From Candidatus Hermodarchaeota archaeon (GTDB lineage Archaea > Asgardarchaeota > Thorarchaeia > Thorarchaeales > Thorarchaeaceae), in the NCBI GenBank assembly GCA_048885865.1, contig JBHLLF010000003.1, positions 107,477-171,476 of the forward strand: a DNA stretch of 64,000 nt, given 5' to 3'. This document shows, one piece after another, positions 1 to 9,751 of this stretch. Within the stretch, counting starts at the first letter, position 1, and the number at the start of each line of letters is the position of its first letter. The position numbers and the translations under genes were made by a program. The notes under the pieces were generated by a model. The model did not search any database. It saw only the letters and a list, made by a program, of their open reading frames with translations, and was not told the DNA's origin.

Positions 1-7
1 GGAGCTC

Positions 8-664
8 TTGGAAGCTGGACTTAACCGTCTCAAGACGACTGGAGATTGGATTCAAACAAGTGGTACACTTGAGGGCAGTTTGCGTGAACATGCAAAGGGT
101 TTAGGATTCAGAGGCTTCGAGCGCACTTCGATGGAGATTTCCAGGGATGTACTGGAGAGGATAAATGATTCCCCATTAAGCGATGATTTTTCGCTTCTTC
201 CTTTTGAGGAGGAAATGAAGGAAACCCTTGGTAACCTAATTCTCAGAGGCCACGCGGGATCAATAGATTTGGATGTCTTTCCTATGTTCTTTAGCACGGA
301 AGAACTTGCCATTAAGCTAATTGAGGACACAATTGAGAATCGATATGGAGAATTCAGAAGACCCGATGATTCAAGAGTCTTGTTGCAAGCTGATACTCTC
401 ATTGGTGTATGCTTGATAACAATTCGAGGCAACTATGGCTATATACCCGACATTTGCATTGATCCGGACCTACGACGAATGGGTCTGGGAAGGACTTTGC
501 TAATACACACACTAAAGCGGCTGATGGCATCCTATACTGACCTTGATGGGGTTCGCCTAGATGTGACCCTTGAGAATCCAGCAAAGCATCTTTACGACTC
601 TATTGGATTCAAGGAGCTAAGAAGATACGAAGTTCTAAACTGGTTGAAGAAATGGTATAGCTAA
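8..664 (+). CDS. GNAT-family acetyltransferase, probably 5'-truncated by the window edge
   Basis: C-terminal GNAT motif A (ICIDPDLRRMGLGRTLL) and 'NPAKHLYDSIGF'. Confidence 0.8.
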   Translation: MEAGLNRLKTTGDWIQTSGTLEGSLREHAKGLGFRGFERTSMEISRDVLERINDSPLSDDFSLLPFEEEMKETLGNLILRGHAGSIDLDVFPMFFSTEELAIKLIEDTIENRYGEFRRPDDSRVLLQADTLIGVCLITIRGNYGYIPDICIDPDLRRMGLGRTLLIHTLKRLMASYTDLDGVRLDVTLENPAKHLYDSIGFKELRRYEVLNWLKKWYS

Positions 665-737
665 GTGTCAATTGGTCTAGTGACTAGACACCTCGCAAAG
701 AAAGAGGGGGTCCTCCCTAGTGAGAGGACCGATAATT

Positions 738-1550
738 TTACTCGCCTGTGAATTTGCCTCGACGCTTTTCTAGGAGAGCTGAGATTCCCTCAGCTAGGTC
801 CTTGGTCTTAAAGCACTCAGTACAAGCTTCTACTTCATATTTGAAGTTCTGTTCAGTTCCCTCTTCCAGAGCCAAATGAGTAGCCTTCTTAGCAAGCTTC
901 ACCGCTATGGGAGCATTTCCTCCTACCTTTGCACCATACCACATTGCTTGGCTGAGAAGCTCATCCTTGGACACGACTTTGCTCACAAGTCCCATGGCCA
1001 TGGCTTCATCGGCGGTCACCTGTCCACCAGTCAGAATCAGTTCCATGGCTTTTCCAAGACCAACAATTCTGGGTAGCCGCATGCATCCACCCCAAGCAGG
1101 AAATAGTCCCAAGCTCACCTCAGGCGTTCCCAGTTTGGCTTCCTTCTCGGCAATCCTAATGTCGCATGCTAGAGCAATCTCAAGTCCACCACCGAGAGCC
1201 AGTCCATTGATTGCAGCAATAGTCACTTTGTCCATTGTGGCAAGTCGATCAACGATTTGCTGACCTTGAGCTATGAGGTCGCCTACATTACTTGGGTCAC
1301 TCAGCAACGTCTGAGCCATCTTTACGTCAGCACCAGTGCAATAGACCTTATCATGATTTGATGCAATCACGATAGAGCGAATATCTGGATCCTTCTCGGC
1401 CTCATCTAGAGCATCGCTGAAGTCTTGAAGGAATTGATCATTTATCGCATTGAGTGCATCAAGTCGGTTCATCTTGATGACTGCTGTGTTCTTCACAGGG
1501 GAGAGGAAAGATCCCTCTTTGCTATACAGCATTGTTTCGAATTCTGGCAT
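738..1550 (-). CDS. Enoyl-CoA hydratase/isomerase (crotonase family)
   Basis: 'YCTGADV', 'AAINGLALGGGLEIALACDIR', 'PEVSLG..PAWGG'; ATG at 1550 follows a GGTGA RBS. Confidence 0.92.
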   Translation of the reverse strand: MPEFETMLYSKEGSFLSPVKNTAVIKMNRLDALNAINDQFLQDFSDALDEAEKDPDIRSIVIASNHDKVYCTGADVKMAQTLLSDPSNVGDLIAQGQQIVDRLATMDKVTIAAINGLALGGGLEIALACDIRIAEKEAKLGTPEVSLGLFPAWGGCMRLPRIVGLGKAMELILTGGQVTADEAMAMGLVSKVVSKDELLSQAMWYGAKVGGNAPIAVKLAKKATHLALEEGTEQNFKYEVEACTECFKTKDLAEGISALLEKRRGKFTGE

Positions 1551-1645
1551 TTCAATCACCTGTTGAAAATCTGAGCTGTTTGGGATATGCCCTACTTAAA
1601 AATGCGCTCCTAAAATGCCACTTCTGTGACGGGGGAGGATATACT

Positions 1646-1677
1646 AAAAAATAGGGTGGCAGGGCGCTTTGCCCTGC
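1646..1677 (-). terminator. Hairpin (GCAGGGC/GCCCTGC) followed by a T-run on the minus strand, after the 3-hydroxyacyl-CoA dehydrogenase gene
   Basis: Inverted repeat 1659-1677; A-run 1646-1651 on the plus strand. Confidence 0.5.
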
Positions 1678-1686
1678 ATTTCAAAT

Positions 1687-2811
1687 CTACTTTAGGTACT
1701 TCGGCATGCTATAGCATTCACCAAGCTCAGACTCGAGCTTTCCGATGAATTCCCTACACCTGTCTAGGCCATATTGGTCAGCCATCTCAAATGGACCCAT
1801 GGGCCAGCTAGCACCGAGCTTCATTGCCATGTCAATGTCTTCCTTGTTGGCGATTTCGTCGTCAACAAGTATCATAGCTTCTCTAATCGCTGGCATGTTC
1901 AGCCGTTCCACAATCCAAGCAGGGTCAGCTCCCTTTGCCGCTTCAGGTTGGGCGTCGTCGGCAGCATAGTCATAGAATCCCTTCTTGGACTTCATACCTA
2001 TAGCGCCAGATTCAACTAGCTTTGCTAGGGTTTCAGGAGGCTTGAAGCAGTCTCCAATCTCTCGGTAGAGTGTAGACATAGCATTAAAGGCAATGTCCAA
2101 ACCAACAAAGTCACCCAGCGAGAAGGGACCAGCAGGAGCCTTTCCTATGCTGACCATTGCTGTGTCAATCTCTTCCTTCGTAGCCTCACCGCGTTCCAGC
2201 ATCAGGATTGCCTCACGCATCACGGGCATTAGGAGACGATTGACAATGAAGCCAGGGCTATTTTTGGCAAAAACGGTCTGTTTGCCTTGCTTTTGGCCAA
2301 CGGTCTTCGCGACGTTGATTGTTTCTTCGCTTGTCTTTTCACCGAGCACTATTTCTAGCAACTTCATTGCAGGGACTGGAGAGAAATAGTGCATTCCTAT
2401 GAATTTGTCAGGACGACCAGTAGCAGTTGCCAGCTCGTCAATGCTGAGGGATGATGTATTTGTCGCAAGGATGCAATGGGCCGGTGCAACTGCATCTATT
2501 TTGGCGAAGACCTCCTTCTTGACTTCCATGTTCTCAAAAATTGCCTCGATAACAAGGTCAGCATCTTTCACCGCAGCTTCAGTGTCAGTTGTCCCGCTAA
2601 GTCTCGACATTAAGCCCTCAGCTTCAGTGATACTCATCTTGCCCTTGTCAATGCCGGTCATGACATCGGTTCGAAGCCGTTCCATGCCTTTGTCCACAAG
2701 ATCCTGGTTGATATCGACCATGGCGACCTCGTACCCATTCCACGCGGACACATATGCAATTCCAGCACCCATTAGACCCGAGCCAATGACTGCAATTTTC
2801 TTGACTTCCAT
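1687..2811 (-). CDS. 3-hydroxyacyl-CoA dehydrogenase with duplicated C-terminal domain
   Basis: GSGLMGAGIA Rossmann motif, 'VIEAIFE', 'ATNTSSL', 'GMHYFSP', 'PGFIVNR'; second 3HCDH C-domain ending 'WPMGPFEMAD'. Confidence 0.93.
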   Translation of the reverse strand: MEVKKIAVIGSGLMGAGIAYVSAWNGYEVAMVDINQDLVDKGMERLRTDVMTGIDKGKMSITEAEGLMSRLSGTTDTEAAVKDADLVIEAIFENMEVKKEVFAKIDAVAPAHCILATNTSSLSIDELATATGRPDKFIGMHYFSPVPAMKLLEIVLGEKTSEETINVAKTVGQKQGKQTVFAKNSPGFIVNRLLMPVMREAILMLERGEATKEEIDTAMVSIGKAPAGPFSLGDFVGLDIAFNAMSTLYREIGDCFKPPETLAKLVESGAIGMKSKKGFYDYAADDAQPEAAKGADPAWIVERLNMPAIREAMILVDDEIANKEDIDMAMKLGASWPMGPFEMADQYGLDRCREFIGKLESELGECYSMPKYLK

Positions 2812-2822
2812 AACAGACCCTC

Positions 2823-3185
2823 CTACATCGCACCCATCATGGCTGCAAGGATTAGATTGGCCAAGAAGTCACTCTCATGTGCATTGCCTATGACCTCGAG
2901 GCTGCCATCTCTCATTGTGTCCTTGAAGGGCACTTCACCGGTGAAGATGCCAAGGAGAGTTGCAGAATTGGCTTTGTATATCACATCCGGACTTGGATAG
3001 ATACCCTCATGAAGTGTCATTCCTTCTTTGGTGACCACCATGTATTGGTCACCTTCTTCAGTATGTACCTGCAGGATTTTTCCGTCATAGGGGCCAATCC
3101 ATTCTTCTACCATTTTCTTGAGGTCTTCCTTCTCATTGGTCTTGGAAGAGAGGAATTTGAAAAACTCCTGTAACTGTGACATCAT
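2823..3185 (-). CDS. SCP2 (sterol carrier protein 2)-like lipid-binding protein
   Basis: 'PDVIYKANSATLLGIFTGE...DGSLEVIGN' is an SCP2 pattern; sits in the lipid operon; likely start MMSQLQ after a GGAGG RBS. Confidence 0.7.
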   Translation of the reverse strand: MMSQLQEFFKFLSSKTNEKEDLKKMVEEWIGPYDGKILQVHTEEGDQYMVVTKEGMTLHEGIYPSPDVIYKANSATLLGIFTGEVPFKDTMRDGSLEVIGNAHESDFLANLILAAMMGAM

Positions 3186-3186
3186 C

Positions 3187-3714
3187 TCATTCCTCCTTTG
3201 CCATCCAGTCAGTGATTGCCTCCTGCATCGCAGCATCAACACTGACTGTCCAGATATTCCCTTTCTTTTGCTTCACTGTGCGGAGAAACTCATCATAGCG
3301 GTCACCCTCCATGGTGACGACGACTCGTCCTTTTCTATCCTCCAAGAACGCCTGATGGTACATCTTCTTTGACGTCCAATACTCGTGCTCAATGTCGCCT
3401 TCCTTGAGGCGTGGATAGAACGGCCACTCACCGGTAGGATGAGGTCGAAACTTCTTTCCACCGGATTTCCATTTCTTGACCAGGTCTCCTGTGGCCTCCT
3501 TGAACCCGGGTCTGAATGGCCATTGAGGCACATAGCGGAATCCCTTTTCGCCATCCACCTCGCCTTTGGACCATCTACCAGTGTAGACTCGGCCACCCTT
3601 ATTGTCACAGAATTGCTCCATGACAACCTCAATGAAACCTTCAGGAGTCAATCCAGCTTCCTCAGCTAATTCCTTCATATTCTCCAGAGTCTTTCCTTCG
3701 AAATTGACTTCCAT
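3187..3714 (-). CDS. Hypothetical protein, possibly with RHH-like ends and an internal WPF repeat
   Basis: Tightly packed in the operon (1-4 nt gaps); no recognised family. Confidence 0.6.
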   Translation of the reverse strand: MEVNFEGKTLENMKELAEEAGLTPEGFIEVVMEQFCDNKGGRVYTGRWSKGEVDGEKGFRYVPQWPFRPGFKEATGDLVKKWKSGGKKFRPHPTGEWPFYPRLKEGDIEHEYWTSKKMYHQAFLEDRKGRVVVTMEGDRYDEFLRTVKQKKGNIWTVSVDAAMQEAITDWMAKEE

Positions 3715-3718
3715 GATA

Positions 3719-4483
3719 TCACCCCTTCTTCCTGAACGCCAGCCGCGTCCATGGCAATCCCCAACGCTCCTGGTACATTAGACCCTCGAGAGGTGGTCTG
3801 CTTGGTCCAAGTGCACGCGGTGATACTCGCGTCCCAATGCAGAACGCTGTCAAGGGCGTCCATGTTGGTGGAATTCCAAGTCTGTCACGAATAAGCATCG
3901 CATGGCGAGGGTCGGAGCAGACCAGTGCCTCATACCCACAGCCATACCCTAGTTCAGTTGCTGTCAACCACATGTTCTGAATTGCCATACCTGCAACTAC
4001 AGACCCGAATAGCTCGTTGGGATACTGATATCCTGCATCATGCCACATTTCGCTGGCACACACAATTATTACAGCGTCACTCTTCTCAGGATATCTGAAA
4101 AGCTCCCCATCTCTTAGCCTAGCATAGACAGCCGCCCGATAAGGATCGTTGATGAACCAGTTCCTGCCGCTTGTCAGCTCAAAGGGGGCTCCACCAAAGG
4201 CTGTTTGAGCCATCTCTTGTGCTATGTCGGCAAGGAACACTTTCATGTCTTCATCATCTCGTATTACAACGAAACGAATCATGAGCATGTTCTCGGGACT
4301 TGGTGCATGTCTGGCAGCTTCAAGAATCATCTCTAAATGCTCGTCGGGTAGTTTCTCGCCAGTGAATTCACGTATGGAACGTCTATCACGGATGAGCTTC
4401 AAGGATTGCAGTTCCTGAGCAACCTTAGCATCATCCTTTGCTTCACCGGCGGCATCCGACTTGCCTTCAGTATCTGTTGCCAT
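3719..4483 (-). CDS. Nitroreductase-family flavoprotein
   Basis: 'RRSIREF', 'ILEAARHAPS', 'AIQNMWLTATELGYG'. Confidence 0.88.
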   Translation of the reverse strand: MATDTEGKSDAAGEAKDDAKVAQELQSLKLIRDRRSIREFTGEKLPDEHLEMILEAARHAPSPENMLMIRFVVIRDDEDMKVFLADIAQEMAQTAFGGAPFELTSGRNWFINDPYRAAVYARLRDGELFRYPEKSDAVIIVCASEMWHDAGYQYPNELFGSVVAGMAIQNMWLTATELGYGCGYEALVCSDPRHAMLIRDRLGIPPTWTPLTAFCIGTRVSPRALGPSRPPLEGLMYQERWGLPWTRLAFRKKG

Positions 4484-4810
4484 TGATTCACCTCATGTTA
4501 TATGATAAATGCGGACCTCGGTGACAATGGGCTGCATAAATGTATTAGCTTTCTCCAAAGAAATCTGACACGCGTTCAAGATTGAGTTTATTGACGAACG
4601 ATACATCGTGACATGTCGACACTATGTGTAGATATGCAGCCATATCTTGTCAGGAACATATCCTGAATATTAACCCAGTATTGGCATGGATATACAAGAT
4701 GACTTATTCCAGTTTCTTTCCTAGTAAACTGGAGTGCACTCAACTCTCCCGGACCAAAGTGTGCTCTATTACTTCTTGAGCAGGAGCGGACGCGCTCCTT
4801 CTCATAATCA

Positions 4811-5881
4811 TCAACGATCATTGGCGAATCCTTTGAGGTCTAATGCATCTCCAACAATTTGCTGTACTACCGCGACTTTTTCTTTGTTCTCTGGCAAAAC
4901 CGTTCCGACTAATCGGTCCACTAGCTGACCTGTGGTGTAGGTGTCGTGAGCAGTCATCATTATTGGAATGCCTAATTCCTTAGCCCGAGATAGCGTACGA
5001 ATATCAGGCCCCATACCTCCCGTGAGAATCAGTAGATTCGTATCCGTTTCAAGTGCGGCTAGGCAGATGTCAGATCGGTCACCGCTCGTGATGACAGCTT
5101 TGTCTTTCGCCCTTCTGAACCATTTGAGAGCATTCTCAGGAGCCATGCTGCCAACCAAGAAACGATCGATTAGGAGATCCATCTTATCTTCTCCAGACAT
5201 CATCTGACCTTCGAGAGCGCGAAGAATATCTCTTACAGTAGGACTGAACAGCTCCCGCCGTTGGTAAATAACTCCAAGAAAGTTTACACCGCTCTCTTCC
5301 AAAAAGGGCTTAATTTTATTCTCAACTGTCTTCTTGAGCATTGGAGCAACCATATTGAGAACTACACCTATTTCCTTGATGCCTACTTGAGTGAACAAAT
5401 CTCTCTGGAGGAAAACGTCGTCTATTGCTATTATGTCTGGAAAATTGACTAGAATAATGACAGACGCTTCAAACTCCTTAGCAATTTGTGGAGCTGAAAG
5501 ACCAACATGTAGGAGATGCCACGGCGCTTTGGCACTCTCAATCACCATGTAATCCTTTCCAACAGAGCCTTTGCTATAGCAGTCCTTGATTCTCTTGAGA
5601 AGCTCGTCATGGCCAATTTGAAGTAGTTCATCATAGCTCGACTTCGTTCGAATTATTGGACTGATACAGGATACATCGACATCGAGTCCAAGTACCTCCT
5701 TCATAACTGCAGCGTCTTCATCCACATCCACTTCATCGCTGCTAAGCTCAAAGCTCTTGTCACCAACCGGCTTGAAGTAGCCAACCTTATGTCCTTGCTT
5801 CTGAAGCTTGGCTGCTAATGCCAGAGCAACCATGGTCTTTCCAGTCAGTGTTTCGCCACTGATTACAATATTCTTCGCCAT
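4811..5881 (-). CDS. BioD-like (AAA_26) + DRTGG domain protein (phosphotransacetylase N-terminal-like)
   Basis: 'TGKTMVALAL..VGYFKPVG', 'ITSGDRSDI', 'LILTGG'; directly downstream of the acyl-CoA synthetase. Confidence 0.85.
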   Translation of the reverse strand: MAKNIVISGETLTGKTMVALALAAKLQKQGHKVGYFKPVGDKSFELSSDEVDVDEDAAVMKEVLGLDVDVSCISPIIRTKSSYDELLQIGHDELLKRIKDCYSKGSVGKDYMVIESAKAPWHLLHVGLSAPQIAKEFEASVIILVNFPDIIAIDDVFLQRDLFTQVGIKEIGVVLNMVAPMLKKTVENKIKPFLEESGVNFLGVIYQRRELFSPTVRDILRALEGQMMSGEDKMDLLIDRFLVGSMAPENALKWFRRAKDKAVITSGDRSDICLAALETDTNLLILTGGMGPDIRTLSRAKELGIPIMMTAHDTYTTGQLVDRLVGTVLPENKEKVAVVQQIVGDALDLKGFANDR

Positions 5882-5882
5882 C

Positions 5883-8012
5883 TCATTCTCCTCCAATAGT
5901 AATCTTCACATCCACTGCAATGGCACCCTTGCCCTTCTCGTAAGCGAATGCAGGATTGATATCCATTTCCACAATATCCTCGAAATCGGATACAAGCTGT
6001 GATATCCGCAAGATTGTGTCAACTACTGCATCAATATCACTTGGTTCCTCGCCCCTTACTCCGCTAAGCAATGTGCCCATTTTTGTTTCAGAAATCAAAT
6101 CAGCTGCATCACTACGCGTCATGGGTGCAAGTCTGAATGCTACATCCTTCAGATAGTTGACAAAGATCCCTCCGGCTCCGAACATGATCATCGGACCAAA
6201 CTGAATATCGCGCGAGCATCCGATGATCAGCTCCTTTCCCTTCTCTGCAAGTTCCTGAACATCTACACCATAGACGACAGCCCTAGGCACACGGGTCTTG
6301 ACATTATCAAGAATCTTAAGAAAGGCATTTTCGACCTCTTCTTTGGAGTTCATGCCAATCATTAGACCGCCAATGTCGCTCTTGTGAACGATATCTGGAC
6401 TAGCAATTTTCATGACAACAGGGAAACCAATATCTACAGCAATTGCCTTGGCTTCCTCTGCACCTGTAGCCAGTTTCGTTCTCGCAACCCGAATACCATA
6501 TGCTTCAGCTACCTCGTGCGCTTCGCTGCCCAGCATCACTCTTCTTCGGTCATTTCGAACGCTTTTGATTATCTCCTTGACACGCTTCTTATCCACCTTG
6601 AACTTAGCAGGTGCTTCATCCTTTAGGCTATCCCGCAGGAGAGTGTATCGATAGAGTTCAGCGATAGCATTTACAGCACGCTCAGGAAAGGCGAAGACCG
6701 GAACACCTCCCTCATTCAATACAATTCGTGGGTAAATCATCGAGTTCCCGCCCATGAACACAGCTAGGAGAGGCTTGTTTGGATATTTCTTGTGAGATTC
6801 AACAATTACTTGAGCGGTCTCTGTTTCTTTTGTCATCGCTTGCGGCGTAAGCAGAACCAGAACAGAATCAACATTTTCATCCTGAAGTGTAGCCTCAACA
6901 CAAAGGGCATAATCCTCTGGTTGGGCAGTCCCAAGTGCATCCACTGGGTTGTATACTGATGCTGCGGAAGGCAATCCATTCTTCATCTTCTCGATAGTGG
7001 ATGGTGAGAATTGGGCCGTCTGTAAACCATTCATCTCGACGGCATCAGTTGTAAGGATTCCAGGACCGCCAGCATTCGTTACAATTGCTACACGATTCCC
7101 CTTTGGCAAGTAGCAGTCATCAAACACATTTGCCACATCAAATAGCTCTGACATACTATCTGCTCGAATCACACCGCATTGCTTGAAGGCAACAGAATAG
7201 GCTGTATCGCTCCCCGCTAATGAGCCGGTATGGGATGAGGCAGCTCTAGCGCCTGCTGTGCTAACCCCGGATTTGACGACATAGATAGGCTTGTGTGGTG
7301 CAATCTTCCTGCAAGCTTCCATGAACTTCTTGCCGTCTACCACCGATTCTATGTAAAGAAGTAAGAAATTCGTGTCGGGATCTCTTCCGAAGGCTTCTAT
7401 GAAATCTGCTTCATCCAGTTGAGCTTTGTTTCCCAGACTCACGAATTTTGAAAAACCAATCTTCTCCATTAGACTCCAATCAAGAATCCCTGTCATCAGG
7501 GCACCAGATTGAGAGGCAAAAGCTACACTGCCTTTCACTGGAGTGCCTGCGGCAAATGATGCATTGTAGGGTGCGAAGGTGTTCACAATTCCCAAGCAAT
7601 TCGGCCCTTGCACAATCATACCATATTTCTCTGCCATCTCAACTATCTTCTTCTCGGCTTCTTGGCCTTCGTGTCCGATTTCCTTGAAACCCGCGGTGAT
7701 TATGACTAGAGCAGTGACGCCCTTCTCGCCGCACTCCTCAATGACTGGAAGGACAAATCTAGCAGGAATGACTATAACTGCTACATCAACGTCCCCTGCA
7801 ACCTCAGAAACAGAACGATACACCTTGAGATCCAGAATCTCTCCACCCCTAGGATTAATCGGGTATACTCTTCCCTCAAAACCGCTTTCAATCAGGTTTC
7901 GTACTACATCATTGCCCAGTTTTCCCTTGGTTGCTGATGCGCCTATCACTGCTATCGATTTTGGATTGAATAATACATCAATGCCCTTCTGTCTGTCCAC
8001 CTTCAAGCACAA
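5883..8012 (-). CDS. acd: ADP-forming acetate/acyl-CoA ligase (alpha-beta fusion)
   Basis: 'PKSIAVIGAS', 'GPNCLG', 'SQSGAL', 'SHTGSLAG' (phospho-His), ATP-grasp 'HKSDIGG'. Confidence 0.92.
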   Translation of the reverse strand: MCLKVDRQKGIDVLFNPKSIAVIGASATKGKLGNDVVRNLIESGFEGRVYPINPRGGEILDLKVYRSVSEVAGDVDVAVIVIPARFVLPVIEECGEKGVTALVIITAGFKEIGHEGQEAEKKIVEMAEKYGMIVQGPNCLGIVNTFAPYNASFAAGTPVKGSVAFASQSGALMTGILDWSLMEKIGFSKFVSLGNKAQLDEADFIEAFGRDPDTNFLLLYIESVVDGKKFMEACRKIAPHKPIYVVKSGVSTAGARAASSHTGSLAGSDTAYSVAFKQCGVIRADSMSELFDVANVFDDCYLPKGNRVAIVTNAGGPGILTTDAVEMNGLQTAQFSPSTIEKMKNGLPSAASVYNPVDALGTAQPEDYALCVEATLQDENVDSVLVLLTPQAMTKETETAQVIVESHKKYPNKPLLAVFMGGNSMIYPRIVLNEGGVPVFAFPERAVNAIAELYRYTLLRDSLKDEAPAKFKVDKKRVKEIIKSVRNDRRRVMLGSEAHEVAEAYGIRVARTKLATGAEEAKAIAVDIGFPVVMKIASPDIVHKSDIGGLMIGMNSKEEVENAFLKILDNVKTRVPRAVVYGVDVQELAEKGKELIIGCSRDIQFGPMIMFGAGGIFVNYLKDVAFRLAPMTRSDAADLISETKMGTLLSGVRGEEPSDIDAVVDTILRISQLVSDFEDIVEMDINPAFAYEKGKGAIAVDVKITIGGE

Positions 8013-8130
8013 CCAGGACTAAATCAATGCCGGAATCTTCGTACCAAGGATGGATGATATACCTTCTGCCAATGAGGCAAATTAGACCTCCAAGAAAGGA
8101 ACGGCGCATCCAGTTTCATATATGAGACCC

Positions 8131-8139
8131 AGTATTACT
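8131..8139. promoter_or_regulatory. Palindromic AGTA-T-TACT box just downstream of a TATA-like element; candidate operator of the RHH pair
   Basis: AGTATTACT at 8131-8139 after TTCATATATG (8115-8124); contains AGTATTA, recalled as the Sulfolobales aCcr1 motif. Confidence 0.45.
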
Positions 8140-8187
8140 CGCAATCATATTCATGTGTTACGTGGGTTTCACACAGGTGATACCCAG

Positions 8188-8328
8188 ATGAAGCTCGTAA
8201 CTTTGCACATTCCTGAAACATACGTTGAAGGACTAGAGAAATTGGTGGACAGTAATCTCTATCCAAATCGCTCTGAGGCAATCAGGATTGCCATTCGCGA
8301 TCTCCTGAAGAGAGAGCTGTGGAGCTAA
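8188..8328 (+). CDS. Ribbon-helix-helix regulator, CdrS/aCcr1-like, copy 1 (46 aa)
   Basis: MKLVTLHIPETYVEGLEKLVDSNLYPNRSEAIRIAIRDLLKRELWS; 'YPNRSEAIR' signature; GGTGA RBS before ATG 8188. Confidence 0.88.
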   Translation: MKLVTLHIPETYVEGLEKLVDSNLYPNRSEAIRIAIRDLLKRELWS

Positions 8329-8345
8329 AAGGAGTAGATGAGAAA

Positions 8346-8486
8346 ATGAAGCTAATTACGCTTCATGTCCCTGAGCAGTACATAGAAGGTCTTGAGAAGT
8401 TGGTCGACAACAAGCTCTATCCAAACAGGTCTGAGGCCATTCGTATTGCTATACGAGACCTCTTGAAGAGAGAGCTCTGGGGCTAG
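8346..8486 (+). CDS. Ribbon-helix-helix regulator, CdrS/aCcr1-like, copy 2 (46 aa; absent from the ORF track)
   Basis: Manual translation MKLITLHVPEQYIEGLEKLVDNKLYPNRSEAIRIAIRDLLKRELWG*; AGGAG upstream; many synonymous differences from copy 1. Confidence 0.88.
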   Translation: MKLITLHVPEQYIEGLEKLVDNKLYPNRSEAIRIAIRDLLKRELWG

Positions 8487-8721
8487 AAGCACATTTGGAT
8501 TTGGCGCCAGCGAAAAAAAGATACGAGCCCAATTTAGGCATCCGAGATTGATTGAAAAGCGCTTTTTCTTCGGATGCAATGTCGACTTCAAGTCGTGCTT
8601 TATTTACAGACAGATACAAAATTTAATATGGCCTCATATAATATAATCAATGGCAGGCGGGAACCTGCTAGACCTCGCGACTCGGAGTTTGGCTGCAACA
8701 TCGACCAGGAGCATCATGTGA

Positions 8722-9693
8722 ATGGGACTAGACTCAACCGCCATGGCGGGACCTTTGAGTGGCAATAATCGCTTTGTGAAGGGATGCCCCTGTCTCAAAG
8801 AGTTCGGCAGTGAGAAGGTCTGCCTGAACAATGATGATGTTGTCCCAATTGTCACTATCGCAGTCGATCCAATGTTCCTGGGAGAAGCCACAACACCCGC
8901 GGAACTTGCTAATCTCAAGAGCGACAATGAGAGTATGTGCTACCTTCTGATTTTTCTTGATGCTGATGCTGATCATACCCATTGTATTAGCCAGGGCCAG
9001 AAAATTCGGATTAATTCACAAGATGTCAAGGCCTCTGAGATTCTTGCCGCTCTCCAATTTGTAACTACTGCGGAACAGGCAAGTGATGGCATTGCGTGCT
9101 CTTCTTGCCTCTACAAGTATCTTGTCACACTTGGAGAGACGTTTGACGATGTGCTTTCGGAAGCCGAACGTTCAGAGTTAATTTCTGCCTATGTGAAGAA
9201 TATCACGTCTCAGATGGCTACAGAGCTGATTGGGAGCGATAAAACAACAGACCCAGAAATGATCGATGAACTTGTAAGCAGTCGAATCAGCAAGCTCCTC
9301 ACCTTGAGAATAACTTGGGCATCAATTCTGCATGACCTCAATAAAGACAATGGTGACAGAAAACTCATTGACCTAATTCGACGCTATAGACAGCTAGCGA
9401 GATTTGAAACAATATTCCTCTTTCAAGTTTCGACCCTGAGGGAGTCAGAAGACAAAGAGGTATCCCTCGGTCTCTTGAGATTCATGGTGGATGTTGCAGA
9501 GCGTATTGTCAGACTGATTTCATTAATCAGAGATTCGACACACTCTGTGGCAGAGTCCAATAATGTGCCAGAACACATACGTGATCTCTTGGACGAGCAA
9601 ATCGAAGATCGCAATCGAACAGAAGAGTGGTTCACAAATCTTGTGAAATTGCTTAATACGATTGAGATACGCACGGCACAAAAATCCTCATAA
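8722..9693 (+). CDS. Uncharacterised Cys-rich protein, paralog A
   Basis: GCPC..C..CY..CISQG..CxxCLYK pattern shared with the next gene; helical C-terminal half. Confidence 0.75.
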   Translation: MGLDSTAMAGPLSGNNRFVKGCPCLKEFGSEKVCLNNDDVVPIVTIAVDPMFLGEATTPAELANLKSDNESMCYLLIFLDADADHTHCISQGQKIRINSQDVKASEILAALQFVTTAEQASDGIACSSCLYKYLVTLGETFDDVLSEAERSELISAYVKNITSQMATELIGSDKTTDPEMIDELVSSRISKLLTLRITWASILHDLNKDNGDRKLIDLIRRYRQLARFETIFLFQVSTLRESEDKEVSLGLLRFMVDVAERIVRLISLIRDSTHSVAESNNVPEHIRDLLDEQIEDRNRTEEWFTNLVKLLNTIEIRTAQKSS

Positions 9694-9751
9694 ACGTGAG
9701 CGTCACTGAGAAGTGAGGTTAAGTAAAAGACCTGCTAGATAGAAATCGTAA

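Noticed and set aside
8122-8187. N-terminal extension of the RHH ORF given in the track
   Set aside because: It overlaps the promoter; the RBS and the paralog both point to ATG 8188.
8716-8724. ATG-TGA-ATG before the first Cys-rich paralog as M-U-M
   Set aside because: No SECIS-like structure noticed downstream and no equivalent Cys in paralog B; probably chance or a start-stop element.
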